A stretch of DNA of 64,000 nucleotides from Trichormus sp. ATA11-4-KO1. Lineage in GTDB: Bacteria; Cyanobacteriota; Cyanobacteriia; Cyanobacteriales; Nostocaceae. Under the pieces are notes generated by a model, which did no database searches, had not been told where the DNA came from, and saw only the letters and a program-made list of their open reading frames with translations. Location of the stretch: assembly GCA_019358915.1 (NCBI GenBank), contig JAHHIM010000019.1:18703-82702 (forward strand), given 5' to 3'. Shown here piece by piece: positions 50,467 to 60,883 of the stretch. The stretch's first letter is position 1; every line of letters starts with the position of its first letter. The translations under genes were made by a program, and so were the position numbers.

Positions 50467-52554
50467 TTACAATCCATTGCCAATCAAAATAAAAGATGCC
50501 CAATAGTAGGGGTGATTGAGGCTACCGTTGAGTGCTGGGAGATTGTCATCTTTGGGCTGCAAGTCTTTGGTAATCAAATCAATTTGTGCTTGTCTCAAGG
50601 CTTCGGCTTTTGTGATATTTTCTGATGACAGAGTGGCATAAAAAGCGTTCATGAGTACCTGAGTACCACCATCATCTACAGCCCATAAAGAACCAATAGC
50701 CGCCCTAGCACCGGTTTTCTGCATCTGATAGCCAAAACCTAAAATTTCTTCACCGTTACCCAACTTGCCTCCCACACTGGTTTCACAAGCACTCAACACA
50801 ACTAGATCCACATGGGGGAGTGACCAAGTGGCGACATCTCTAAGGTTAACGCGATCGCCATTGCCAAATAATATAAATGAATCTTCTGGTTTACCCACCA
50901 CAAAAGCCGCATGAGTCGCTAAATGGACAATCGTATAATCATCCATTTGCGGTACAGTAACTTGAGGACTAAAGGCATCGTTAAAAAGTTTTTTGGTTTG
51001 GGGCACGATTTCTGCTAAGTTTTCCACTTCTTGAGCGGCAAATGGCAAGCCAGATAAGGCAATTTGCCGATTACCCAATGCGACTTTATAAGTACCTTTA
51101 GTAAATGCACCGGCTAAAACCCGTAAAGTAGATGCCCGTGGGGTGTTCAAATTACTTAAGCTAGCAGCAGTGATATGATTGACGCTGAAGCGCTCCACTA
51201 ACCATTTACCGTCATATAAGGCTGTGAGAGGAATGTAGCGTAATTGACCATCTGGTGCATAAATGAGAGTTTGTGTACCCGCTTGTTTTAGGTCATTTTC
51301 TAGGGGTTTGATCAGCCATTCATACAACTGGCTGGCGGGTTGTTTAATATTGCGACTGGGATTGATTAAAGCTGCACGAAAGGTAGAAATAGTCTGCTTG
51401 AGGTTTTCTTGCTTGAGTGCAACTGTGCGGTGAATTGGCGGAGACTCAGGAGTTACCAAGACTAATTCCAAACTATCTTCTAAAACTAGTGGATAAAGTA
51501 GAGCCGATTTTTGCGGTAACCGTGCTAAATTATCACGAATTTCGTTAATACTCTCCAAATCTAAATTTTGCCGCCTTGCAGTTTGACTAAGTTGGTCTAA
51601 TTGTGCCCTGACTGGGGGACTATTGATAAATTCATTAAATCCTTCTAAGAGTTGCTGCTGATTCGTCACCAGTTGCTGAATGCGTTGTTTTTGTTGTGGC
51701 GATCGCTTTTGCACAGGAATCTTACGTAATATTTTCAGTTCTTTACCTAGTGCAATAGCATTTTCTAAAGTTGTATCTAATTTTTGTTTAATTGGTGTTT
51801 CTGTTGACGCTAGCTTAATGCCTTTGACGGTACGTTGATTACCAGCTACATTCTGGAGATACTCCTCCAGTTCTTCAACTTTGAGTAAATCCATCGTTCG
51901 TAGTCCCTCTGTAACACGTTGCTGCTGGAGCAAGTTTTTAGCTAAGGTACGATATGTCTGGCTAACAGTTATGCTGTAGGCATCGGGTTGGTGTACAGAA
52001 AGCTCGGATGGATTTAAGCGAGCTTGCTCACGATTATTCACGCAAAGCTTGTAGAAGAAAATTGCTAGCTTTGGTTGGTTTTGCACCTCAAACAAGTAAC
52101 CTATATTACTGTAGGTCTTACCTAAGATGACGTGAGATCGCCCAGGAGTTTTTTCTTGTAGGCTGAGTTCTTTGTTAATGGGTAAGGCTGCGAGATAAAA
52201 ACTCAGTGCTTGCGAATACTGACCATGATTTTGGTAAACTCTGCCAATATTGTTGAGAGTGACAGCCTCCCAGGAACTTTCGGCAAGCTCTTGACTGATA
52301 GCTAGCGCTTGCTGTAATCTCTGCAATGCTTCCTCAAACCGACCTTGACCAGATGCGGCGATCGCTTCTGCATTCAGCCGCTCAATTTGTGATTTTTCAT
52401 TTCTGTCGGGCAAAGACTGCGCTTTTTCACCGTAATTGTGTTTCAAATGAGTATTTGAATTTACCTGATTTTTTTCTAAATACGCTATTTTATTACCCAG
52501 GAAACTCAGTAAGGTAAAAGTAACAAAAATCAAACTCTGAAGATAAAGCTGCAT
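50467..52554 (-). CDS. TPR + CHAT (caspase-like) domain protein
   Basis: TPR repeats (AVTLNNIGRVY); CHAT motifs APDGQLRYIP, VHLATH, LVVLSACET, SLWAVDD and HPYYWASFILIGN. Confidence 0.92.
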   Translation of the reverse strand: MQLYLQSLIFVTFTLLSFLGNKIAYLEKNQVNSNTHLKHNYGEKAQSLPDRNEKSQIERLNAEAIAASGQGRFEEALQRLQQALAISQELAESSWEAVTLNNIGRVYQNHGQYSQALSFYLAALPINKELSLQEKTPGRSHVILGKTYSNIGYLFEVQNQPKLAIFFYKLCVNNREQARLNPSELSVHQPDAYSITVSQTYRTLAKNLLQQQRVTEGLRTMDLLKVEELEEYLQNVAGNQRTVKGIKLASTETPIKQKLDTTLENAIALGKELKILRKIPVQKRSPQQKQRIQQLVTNQQQLLEGFNEFINSPPVRAQLDQLSQTARRQNLDLESINEIRDNLARLPQKSALLYPLVLEDSLELVLVTPESPPIHRTVALKQENLKQTISTFRAALINPSRNIKQPASQLYEWLIKPLENDLKQAGTQTLIYAPDGQLRYIPLTALYDGKWLVERFSVNHITAASLSNLNTPRASTLRVLAGAFTKGTYKVALGNRQIALSGLPFAAQEVENLAEIVPQTKKLFNDAFSPQVTVPQMDDYTIVHLATHAAFVVGKPEDSFILFGNGDRVNLRDVATWSLPHVDLVVLSACETSVGGKLGNGEEILGFGYQMQKTGARAAIGSLWAVDDGGTQVLMNAFYATLSSENITKAEALRQAQIDLITKDLQPKDDNLPALNGSLNHPYYWASFILIGNGL

Positions 52555-52746
52555 GACAAAATACTCCCTATATAGAGAGGTTTATCGAACTCACATTAAC
52601 AATGACTGTTGAGAATTTAGAATGTTCTATATTCTGTATTCTCTCCCTATGAAAAATTTATTTTATGAAAAGTACATTTTACAATACAAGTCTTTTTTGT
52701 ATTATTCCAGATATGAAAAATTCATAGTTGCGCATAAATTTTGAAT

Positions 52747-53247
52747 ATGTCTGAAAAACAAACAAGCCCAGTACAGCTACCATCAACCAGTGCCATTGAC
52801 ATACCATCAAATCAGACCTTTGAAGGTTGGTTTGAATATCCTGTGCGAGTGCAACCCCATCATACTGACTATGCAGGTATTGCCTGGCATGGTACTTATC
52901 TAACTTGGATGGAAGAAGCACGGATAGAATGTTTAAGATCAATAGGGATTGAATTTGCTGATTTAGTCATGTTAGGTTGTGATTTACCAGTTGTAGAACT
53001 TGCAGTCAGATATCACCGTTCAGTTCAGTTAGGTACGGCAGTAGTGGTAAAAACGCGCATGACTGAGGTGACTGGTGTTCGCATTAACTGGGATTATGCC
53101 ATTGTCTCCACAGATGGACAGCAATTGTATGTCACTGCCAAAGTGACATTAGTAGCATTGGACCGCGAAAGAGGTAAAATTATGCGTCAGTTACCTGCAA
53201 GTGTTAAAGATGCATTAGCAAAAGTTTCCGCATTACACAAAAATTAA
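52747..53247 (+). CDS. Acyl-CoA thioesterase (YbgC/FadM hot-dog family)
   Basis: VRVQPHHTDYAGIAWHGTYLTWMEEAR. Confidence 0.88.
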   Translation: MSEKQTSPVQLPSTSAIDIPSNQTFEGWFEYPVRVQPHHTDYAGIAWHGTYLTWMEEARIECLRSIGIEFADLVMLGCDLPVVELAVRYHRSVQLGTAVVVKTRMTEVTGVRINWDYAIVSTDGQQLYVTAKVTLVALDRERGKIMRQLPASVKDALAKVSALHKN

Positions 53248-53353
53248 CGAAAGAAGTCTGAAGCATCAAGGATGAAGTCTGAAATAACAAGTTAATTGGT
53301 GCATACCTCATTGCTTACGAATGAAAAACCCATCATTTCATTCTTCATCCTGC

Positions 53354-53551
53354 TCACTTACCACTTCGTATTTGCGACACGGTTTGAGCCAACTGCATTA
53401 TCTGATGCCAAATGTCTTGTGGTGTAATGCCAAAACCAATATTTAATAAGATTAGAATCGCAGCAATAGTCAAGGCATTGCTCACAGTAGTTTTGAGTAT
53501 CTTCCATAAAACTACGAATATTATCCAAGCAATAATCAGGGTAGGAATCAT
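53354..53551 (-). CDS. Small hypothetical membrane protein
   Basis: 65 aa, two hydrophobic helices then FGITPQDIW; AAAGGAA upstream. Confidence 0.7.
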   Translation of the reverse strand: MIPTLIIAWIIFVVLWKILKTTVSNALTIAAILILLNIGFGITPQDIWHQIMQLAQTVSQIRSGK

Positions 53552-53867
53552 ACAATACCAATTCCTTTAGAGTCGCTTTTGTGTAAGAGAGGTTTTATTT
53601 AATCAAGGGATATTTTCATGCACTGAACAATTACTGTTGCGAAAGCTCATTGACCCAAGTTACAATATATACTATAAAATATAAAATACTGGGTAAAATT
53701 TTTAAGTAATTGTTGCCACAAAAGGATACCACAAATCGACAAAATAATTTGTGCATTATGGAACTTTTTTCGATAGATTACTAAAAATATTTTAATTAAG
53801 GATAAGAGTAATGAGGGTGGCGAAGTAAAATCACCATCCTCATTAGTATTTTTTGTGGTCTAGCTCC

Positions 53868-55064
53868 TTAGCTCACAGAAAAAATCTGTGCAGGAGGTGC
53901 TAAATTTTTAGTTACTGTTAAAACTTCTTGTCTTGCCCATTTATCAGCTGCCAAAATGTCATCTAAGGCAGGATTTGCACAGTTATCACTTTGATGGCGA
54001 TCGCATACTAATTCGATACATCGGGGAATATCTAAAAATTGAATTTTCTCTGCTAAAAATAATGCCACAACTTGCTCATTAGCAGCATTTAAGACAGCAG
54101 GCATCGAACCTCCAGCCTTACCTGCTGCATAAGCCAACTGCATACAAGGATACTTTTGATGATCCGGTTCACGGAAGGTTAAATCACCAGCTTTGACTAA
54201 ATCTAGTCTTTGCCAATCAGTGTAGATGCGATCGGGCCAAGATAAAGCATAAAGTAGTGGTAGACGCATATCAGGCCAACCGAGTTGAGCTAAAACCGAG
54301 GTATCTTGCAACTCAATCAGCGAGTGAATAATACTTTGGGGATGTATAACAATTTCAATATCGTCATAATCTAACCCGAACAGGAAGTGAGCCTCAATCA
54401 CCTCTAGTCCCTTGTTCATCAAAGTGGCAGAGTCAACTGTGATTTTACGCCCCATTGACCAGTTAGGATGCTTCAGGGCATCAGCAACTTTCACTTGTGC
54501 CAACTTTTCTACATCCCAATCCCGAAAAGCCCCACCAGAAGCAGTGAGCAAAATTCGCCGCAAGCCGCCTTTGGGTACACCTTGGAGACACTGAAATATT
54601 GCTGAATGTTCAGAATCAGCTGGTAGTAGTTTTACCCCGTGTTTTTCCACTAAAGGTAGAACTACAGGGCCTCCAGCGATCAAGGTTTCTTTGTTTGCTA
54701 AGGCAATATCTTTACCCGCTTCAATAGCTGCGATTGTCGGTAATAAACCAGCACAACCAACGATACCTGTGACCACAGTTTCCGCATCGCCATAGCGAGC
54801 AACTTCTATGACTCCGGCTTCGCCAGCCAGTAAAATAGGTTGGGGATCAAGGTCTTTGATAGCTTCTTGGAGTGCTGGCAATTTTTCTTCTGAGCAAATC
54901 GCTGCTATTTGCGGCCGAAACTGCCGAATCTGATCTGCTAACATCTCCACATTGTGCCCAGAGGCCAATCCCACAATCCGAAACTGATCTGGGTACTGAG
55001 TAATAATATCTAAAGTCTGAGTACCGATTGAGCCAGTGGAACCAACAAGAGTAATAGCTTTCAC
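53868..55064 (-). CDS. dxr: 1-deoxy-D-xylulose-5-phosphate reductoisomerase
   Basis: [25 protein letters not shown] and [23 protein letters not shown]. Confidence 0.97.
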   Translation of the reverse strand: MKAITLVGSTGSIGTQTLDIITQYPDQFRIVGLASGHNVEMLADQIRQFRPQIAAICSEEKLPALQEAIKDLDPQPILLAGEAGVIEVARYGDAETVVTGIVGCAGLLPTIAAIEAGKDIALANKETLIAGGPVVLPLVEKHGVKLLPADSEHSAIFQCLQGVPKGGLRRILLTASGGAFRDWDVEKLAQVKVADALKHPNWSMGRKITVDSATLMNKGLEVIEAHFLFGLDYDDIEIVIHPQSIIHSLIELQDTSVLAQLGWPDMRLPLLYALSWPDRIYTDWQRLDLVKAGDLTFREPDHQKYPCMQLAYAAGKAGGSMPAVLNAANEQVVALFLAEKIQFLDIPRCIELVCDRHQSDNCANPALDDILAADKWARQEVLTVTKNLAPPAQIFSVS

Positions 55065-55329
55065 AATTGCTTAAGGATTTACAGACAACTTCCACTATAA
55101 ATTGCTGAGGACTCATTCATCACAGCGATCGCCATAATCAATACATTCTTGAGAAAGGAGACTGTTATTCACTGAGAAGTATAGCCAAGAAATATCTAGT
55201 ACTAAAATTACTTAATTTAAATTAAACTACAAAATGCATGTAATTATAAATACTATTTGTTTAAATAAATATGCTGGTAATTGCGGTGATTAATCAAATA
55301 TGAAATTTCCCCAAAATGAATTATCCATC

Positions 55330-55390
55330 TTGTGGGGTGGGCATCCTGACTGCCAGGTTTATGGGATGGGTGAGGACACACATCCCACAA
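55330..55390. repeat. Small dispersed palindromic repeat
   Basis: TTGTGGGGTGGGCATCC...CACATCCCACAA imperfect inverted repeat in the AT-rich dxr promoter region. Confidence 0.55.
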
Positions 55391-55545
55391 AAAAAATCTC
55401 AATTTTTTTTATTTGGCAGTTTCTATGTCCAGTTTGTTACTAATCTTAACATAAATTTAAATGTATAAAATGCTACTGACAAATGGCTGTGTTACAGCCA
55501 TAAGTAAGAGGATGCTCAAAGGAGTTTGTTGAAATACTCAAGCTT

Positions 55546-56829
55546 ATGGCGAAAGTTCAGATAATAATAACGAATATTTTATGGAAAAGTGAGTTTTTCT
55601 TTCCTGTAGCAATGTGGTTTTGTAGTCGAATCTTTATCTGGACTGCCATGTTGCTAATTGCGCCACATTTGCCATCACCAACAAACAATATACCCAGATG
55701 GGGCTGGGAGTTATTTGACGGCTGGGACAGTGTGCATTACCGGGCGATCGCTACTAGCGGCTATGAATTTGTTAATGATGGTAAACAACACAATATAGCT
55801 TTCTTTCCCTTATTTCCTTTAATTATTTGGGTTTTGCTGCGATTGGGACTACCTTTTGAAATGGCAGGGATATTAGTAAACAACTTGGCATTTTTAGGGG
55901 CGATTTATTGTTTGTACTTTTGGGTGAAGGAGCATTATGGCATCAGAGTCGCTCAGTGGGTTACGGCTGTGATGTCCTGGTGTCCAATGTCTATGTTTAC
56001 ATCAGTAATTTACACAGAAGGATTGTATTTGTTTTTGAGTACAGCCGCTTTGCGAGCTTTCGACCAACAGCAATATGGGTGGACTACTCTTTGGGGTGCA
56101 ATGGCGACTGCAACACGTCCTACAGGAATAGCACTGATCCCCGCATTTGCGATCGCAGCGTGGAAAGAACGCAGACCACCCATTGCTTATATTGCAGGTT
56201 TAGCCACTGCGCTAGGACTACTTTTATTTAGTTTGTATTGTGCGTTGCGTTTTCACGAGCCTTTAGCTTTTATCGCCGCACAACGAGGATGGCGATCATC
56301 CCTAGGATTTGATTGGCAGGGTTGGTTAAATATGCTGATGCAAATTGCAGTTGGTAAGAAGAATTGGCAATACGGCAGTATTCAAGATCCTTGGCATCCT
56401 TTGTTGTTTAGCATAATTATTGGCAGTATTTCTTTTTTATGGTGCTTCCGTAAACATTTAGTTTTTGTGAAAGTAGCCTATAGTTTGTATGCTTTAGTTT
56501 TATGTTTTTTGCTATTAGCAAACCAACAATGGATTAATAACTTACTTAATGCGTTGATGGTTTTGGGTGGTGGTTACGTATTATGGCATTTACGTACCCA
56601 ATTAACCCCAGTTACTGTAGTATATGGCTTTTGTGGTATTGGTTTGCTCCTAGCCTCTGGAGGGACAATATCTTTAAGTCGTCTTGCTTATGGTATTGTC
56701 CCTCTGACTATAGCTATAGGAATGCTGCTATCTCGTTATCCTCGCCAGGGATATTTAATCCTGGGTTTGTTTATAACATTACTTGCCAAAATAGCTGTAG
56801 GATTTGCCCAAGAACAATGGGTGGGTTAG
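55546..56829 (+). CDS. GT-C fold mannosyltransferase-like membrane protein (PIG-V-like)
   Basis: WDSVHY..IA..GY, AFFPLFP, YTEGLYL and ATATRPTG motifs. Confidence 0.85.
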   Translation: MAKVQIIITNILWKSEFFFPVAMWFCSRIFIWTAMLLIAPHLPSPTNNIPRWGWELFDGWDSVHYRAIATSGYEFVNDGKQHNIAFFPLFPLIIWVLLRLGLPFEMAGILVNNLAFLGAIYCLYFWVKEHYGIRVAQWVTAVMSWCPMSMFTSVIYTEGLYLFLSTAALRAFDQQQYGWTTLWGAMATATRPTGIALIPAFAIAAWKERRPPIAYIAGLATALGLLLFSLYCALRFHEPLAFIAAQRGWRSSLGFDWQGWLNMLMQIAVGKKNWQYGSIQDPWHPLLFSIIIGSISFLWCFRKHLVFVKVAYSLYALVLCFLLLANQQWINNLLNALMVLGGGYVLWHLRTQLTPVTVVYGFCGIGLLLASGGTISLSRLAYGIVPLTIAIGMLLSRYPRQGYLILGLFITLLAKIAVGFAQEQWVG

Positions 56830-57086
56830 AGAGGATATTTCCATCCCAATTTTGCAGGTAGAGGATTGCTGCAAAATAAACGAGCAATTATTTTGTGGTC
56901 GTTAGTAGCATTTTTGAGTTTGGCAAAGTTTACTATGTATTGTTAAATGTACGTCATCCCGGTTTGTCAAGTACTACAGAATTTGCTGATAGCTTAGTCA
57001 AACAACTGAAAGCGCAGCCAGAATTTAATTTACAATTTCAAAGTAATACCATAATATTAGCTAGCTTATAATGCTTTCTTCAAAAA

Positions 57087-58637
57087 CTAATTAATTAGTG
57101 GCGAAACTAGGATAAATTCTTCAGATGTACCTAAAGCTTTACTACCAGGTAAACTAATATTCTGTAAACTTGCATTATCTAACAGCAAATAAGATTTATT
57201 TAACCACATTTGTTGTAAAACTGTGATGTCTGCGGGAATAACTTGGCAATCGCAATAGAAGTCTAAACTAGGACGACCATAAGCAAAAGATGTGTAAATC
57301 TTTGTCCCTGGTGAAACATGGGTACGAATTAATGCCGCCACTGGCTTGACCGAGAAAGATTCATTTAATTCCCAAATCCATGATTGCGAACTCATCAAAA
57401 ATACTAAAACTAGATACATTCCAGAAAATAAAACTGGAATAAACAGGCGAGTGCGCTGTTGAATTAGCCATGCTGCTATACTCATACTGATGAGCAAAAC
57501 CAGACTCATAGCTATTAAAACAGGCTGGGGATCGGTAATAACAAAGTAAATACATCCGCCTAGACCTGCGATCGCCATAATAGCCAGAAATACTGACCAA
57601 ATTCGCCCCTGAATATAACGTTGCTGCCAGAGTTCGCTCAGTTTTACACCAATTGCTAAAGCTAAAAATGGATAAATAGGCATGATATACCAGGGTAGTT
57701 TTGTTCTCATCAAAGAAATACTGACAAAATAAATTGTTGTCCCGATCAGAACTAAACGACCCCAAGTAGTATGACGTTTTTTCCCAGCTAGATATAATCC
57801 TCCTGGTAGAAACAGCAGCCAGGGAAAACCATATTTGATTAACTCAATTAAATAGTACCAAGGTGGGCCACTATTCCCTTCTACAGGTTGTACAAGCCGA
57901 TCAAATGTTTGTGCTTGAAAATTTATTTGTAAGAAATTTCCCCCATAATATTGCCATTGAGCAATATACCAAGCCAAAGGTAAAATATTGCCGCAAAACA
58001 TTCCTACCCAAAAATAGGGGTTTTTTAACAAAGCTAATCGTCGATCTGCAACCAGGAATAAACAGGCGATCGCCCCCAGCAACAAAACTAACATTCCTTT
58101 CGTCAGAGTAATTAGCCCGAGACAAATTCCCACACCCATTGCATACCGTTGGTGATAGCGTGCTTTCAATAGACAAAATAACAATAATAGGAAAAAAGAA
58201 ATACTCGCACCATCTAGCATCGCCAGTCGTCCATGACGCACCACAGGCAACATTGTTAAGTAAACTAAAGCAGCAAACAAAGCTGGTAAATTTTTGTTAA
58301 AAAGTAACTGCCCCACTAAGTAAAGCAAAGGTACTCCTAAGGCAGTTAATATTGCACCAGGTAGACGTGTTGTCCACTCATTTACACCTCCTAGGAAGTA
58401 AGCCCAAGCAATCAGTAAGTGGATCAAAGGCGGTTTGTTATGATACGGTTCACCTGCCAGTGTAGGGTAAAGCCAACGCATAGAACCGACCGGGGCACGC
58501 CAAATTTCGCGGGCAACCTGTGCCACAGTACCTTCATCCCAGTCTCGTAAAGGGGAGTTTCCCAAAAATATCAGCCACAGTATCAGAGATCCCACAAGCA
58601 AGCTAAATAGCCATTCTTTTTCTCGGAATGGACGCAT
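57087..58637 (-). CDS. ArnT/PMT-family (GT83/GT39-like) glycosyltransferase
   Basis: DWDEG..AQVARE, NKPPL, RLP, RLAMLD, TKG and TKLPWYIMP. Confidence 0.88.
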   Translation of the reverse strand: MRPFREKEWLFSLLVGSLILWLIFLGNSPLRDWDEGTVAQVAREIWRAPVGSMRWLYPTLAGEPYHNKPPLIHLLIAWAYFLGGVNEWTTRLPGAILTALGVPLLYLVGQLLFNKNLPALFAALVYLTMLPVVRHGRLAMLDGASISFFLLLLFCLLKARYHQRYAMGVGICLGLITLTKGMLVLLLGAIACLFLVADRRLALLKNPYFWVGMFCGNILPLAWYIAQWQYYGGNFLQINFQAQTFDRLVQPVEGNSGPPWYYLIELIKYGFPWLLFLPGGLYLAGKKRHTTWGRLVLIGTTIYFVSISLMRTKLPWYIMPIYPFLALAIGVKLSELWQQRYIQGRIWSVFLAIMAIAGLGGCIYFVITDPQPVLIAMSLVLLISMSIAAWLIQQRTRLFIPVLFSGMYLVLVFLMSSQSWIWELNESFSVKPVAALIRTHVSPGTKIYTSFAYGRPSLDFYCDCQVIPADITVLQQMWLNKSYLLLDNASLQNISLPGSKALGTSEEFILVSPLIN

Positions 58638-59480
58638 ATCTAAAAATTAAGAGAATGCTTTGACAATAATTTAGATAATAACTGTAATTAGCCAATCGAC
58701 TTTTTATAACTAAAGATGAAAAAATTGCATAAATTTATCTTCGCCTCAACTAATGTCATAAAACAATATATTAAAATTTTTAATTTATCGAGTAGCAACA
58801 TAATTCAGTATTTATACTGTAAACATGTATCTCAAATTCTAATATCAATGATGTAATATCCCTAATTAACTTGCTCCTGTTGATCGTCGGTTAAAAAATA
58901 CTAAAATTTTAGACTCTCTTCAACTATTAAGTAGCTGAAGTATCAGCATCAACAACAAAACTTGAATTTCGATTAAAGCTATTGAGAATAAATGAGTAAA
59001 GCGTATAGAGATTAGCGGCTTGATTTACCTTAACAATGGGAAACTATATGCAGTTGATTGTTGCTCTATATGAAAATAAAAGACAGCAGTCAGTAAGTTA
59101 AAAATTTAACTTTTTCTTAAAAAAGAAGAAATGGGGGTAGGTAGTACAATATATCATATATTGATAATTTTTAGTTTCCTAAAATCTTTCTGGGTAGATG
59201 ACCCATTGCCAACAAATAATTCAGTAGTGCAGTTAGATAATTAACCTAAGTAGTACTAAATGTCTTGTGAACAGTGAGTAGCTAAATCCAGATAATCTAG
59301 GTTACATTTGCAGCTATATAAGCTATAGCCCATATCTATTAAATTAAGTCTCTGTGTATCTGTATTCAAAATTTCAGAATTACCAGAAAACATCTGTGTA
59401 TCTAATTATCTAAAAGCAAGTGTGCTATTAAGTACCGTCAGAATTCTTACTGATGGTTCTACCCTGGAAGGAGCTATGAA

Positions 59481-60392
59481 GTGGAAAATAATAAGTCGTT
59501 TCTTTGGCCGCAAGGAATATTAATTGCGCTGCTTGCCTTAAGTGCTACTTTAAGTATTGGTTTAATGTTGCTAATCAAGCCGAATGCTTCTGAGGCTCAG
59601 AGTCGGCAAAGTATAAAAAATATTAATAGTATAGCTGCCAAAGTAGGAACTCAGCAGCGTATTGAGGGATTAAAGGCGACGATGCTCACAAGTTGGCAGC
59701 AAGAAGCAAACACCAAAGGTTTTGCCTCTGCTGCACCGCCAAGCTTTCAAGGCGCAACCATTAAGGCTGTGAAACTAAGTCAAGCTCAGAAGGTAATTGC
59801 GCTCACCTTTGATGATGGCCCTTGGCCTGAGACCACTTCACAAGTGCTGGATATTCTCAAACAAAATAATGTCAAAGGTACATTTTTCGTTGTGGGGCAA
59901 AACGTCAAGAATTATCCAGACTTAGTAAAACGGGTAGTTGCTGAAGGTCACGCTATTGGTAACCATACATGGCATCATTGGTATCATTACATGAATCAAC
60001 AAGCTGCTGCCTATGAAGTTGATCACACAACAGATTTCATTTATAAAACTACAGGTGTGAAAACAAATTTGTTTCGACCACCTGGGGGGATCATGCACAA
60101 TGGGGTGGCTGCCTACGCTAGAAATAGTAAGTATGCCATCATCATGTGGTCATCTGACTCATTAGACTATTCGCGCCCTACGGTACCAAAGTTAATCAAT
60201 AATGTTTTTAGGAATGCACAACCAGGTGGTATTGTGTTACTGCATGATGGTGGTGGTAATCGCTCCCAAACTGTGCAAGCTTTACCAGAGATTATTAGTA
60301 ATTTTCAAAAGCAAGGCTATGGTTTTGTCACTCTCCCCAAACTTCTAGAAATGCAAGATAAAGAGCAAAAGTTAATTGTAAATAAACAGTAA
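59481..60392 (+). CDS. Polysaccharide deacetylase (CE4/NodB)
   Basis: ALTFDDGP, GNHTWHH, FRPPGG and IVLLHDGGG; N-terminal TM or signal segment. Confidence 0.92.
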   Translation: MENNKSFLWPQGILIALLALSATLSIGLMLLIKPNASEAQSRQSIKNINSIAAKVGTQQRIEGLKATMLTSWQQEANTKGFASAAPPSFQGATIKAVKLSQAQKVIALTFDDGPWPETTSQVLDILKQNNVKGTFFVVGQNVKNYPDLVKRVVAEGHAIGNHTWHHWYHYMNQQAAAYEVDHTTDFIYKTTGVKTNLFRPPGGIMHNGVAAYARNSKYAIIMWSSDSLDYSRPTVPKLINNVFRNAQPGGIVLLHDGGGNRSQTVQALPEIISNFQKQGYGFVTLPKLLEMQDKEQKLIVNKQ

Positions 60393-60518
60393 TATTTATA
60401 TTAATTACGCAAAATTCCCCAAAAAAGTTAATTTAGTGTGCGCGCATCGCATACCGCTAAATTGCTTTTTTATGTCTCGATATGCAAACGAGTTGATACA
60501 ATTATAATTAAGATATTT

Positions 60519-60883
60519 GGTAGTGGTAAATATGTAGTGAAACCTGATAATTTCTAAATCAAATTATTCATTTTTAGCTATGGGAATTTTGAATTCTATT
60601 TAACTGGCTGATTGAATTATCTCTCAAGGATAAGATTGCTAAATATATCGTTTAGCCAGAAAATGTTAAAAGTAATAAAGTACAAGTATTTTAAAATTAG
60701 AATATTGCAGCCTCGATGTCAGCCAAAACACCTACTTGCCCCAGTTGCGGTTCTCAACATACTGTCAAAAACGGTAGGATTCATCATCAAAAACCAAAGT
60801 ATCAGTGTCAAAACTGTAAAAGACAGTTTATAGAAAATCCCACTAATAAAGTTATTAGTAAAGATACGATAGAGCTGATTGAT
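60519..60883 (+). pseudogene. Truncated IS1-family element (InsA-like zinc-ribbon fragment, ORF from 60716)
   Basis: CPSCGS...KNG......KYQCQNCKRQF zinc ribbon, cut at 60883 by the next element. Putative left end GGTAGTGG at 60519 is inferred. Confidence 0.75.

Noticed and set aside
50295..50483. 62-aa ORF downstream of the CHAT gene
   Set aside because: It overlaps the CHAT stop and has no RBS or recognisable motif; cannot be supported.
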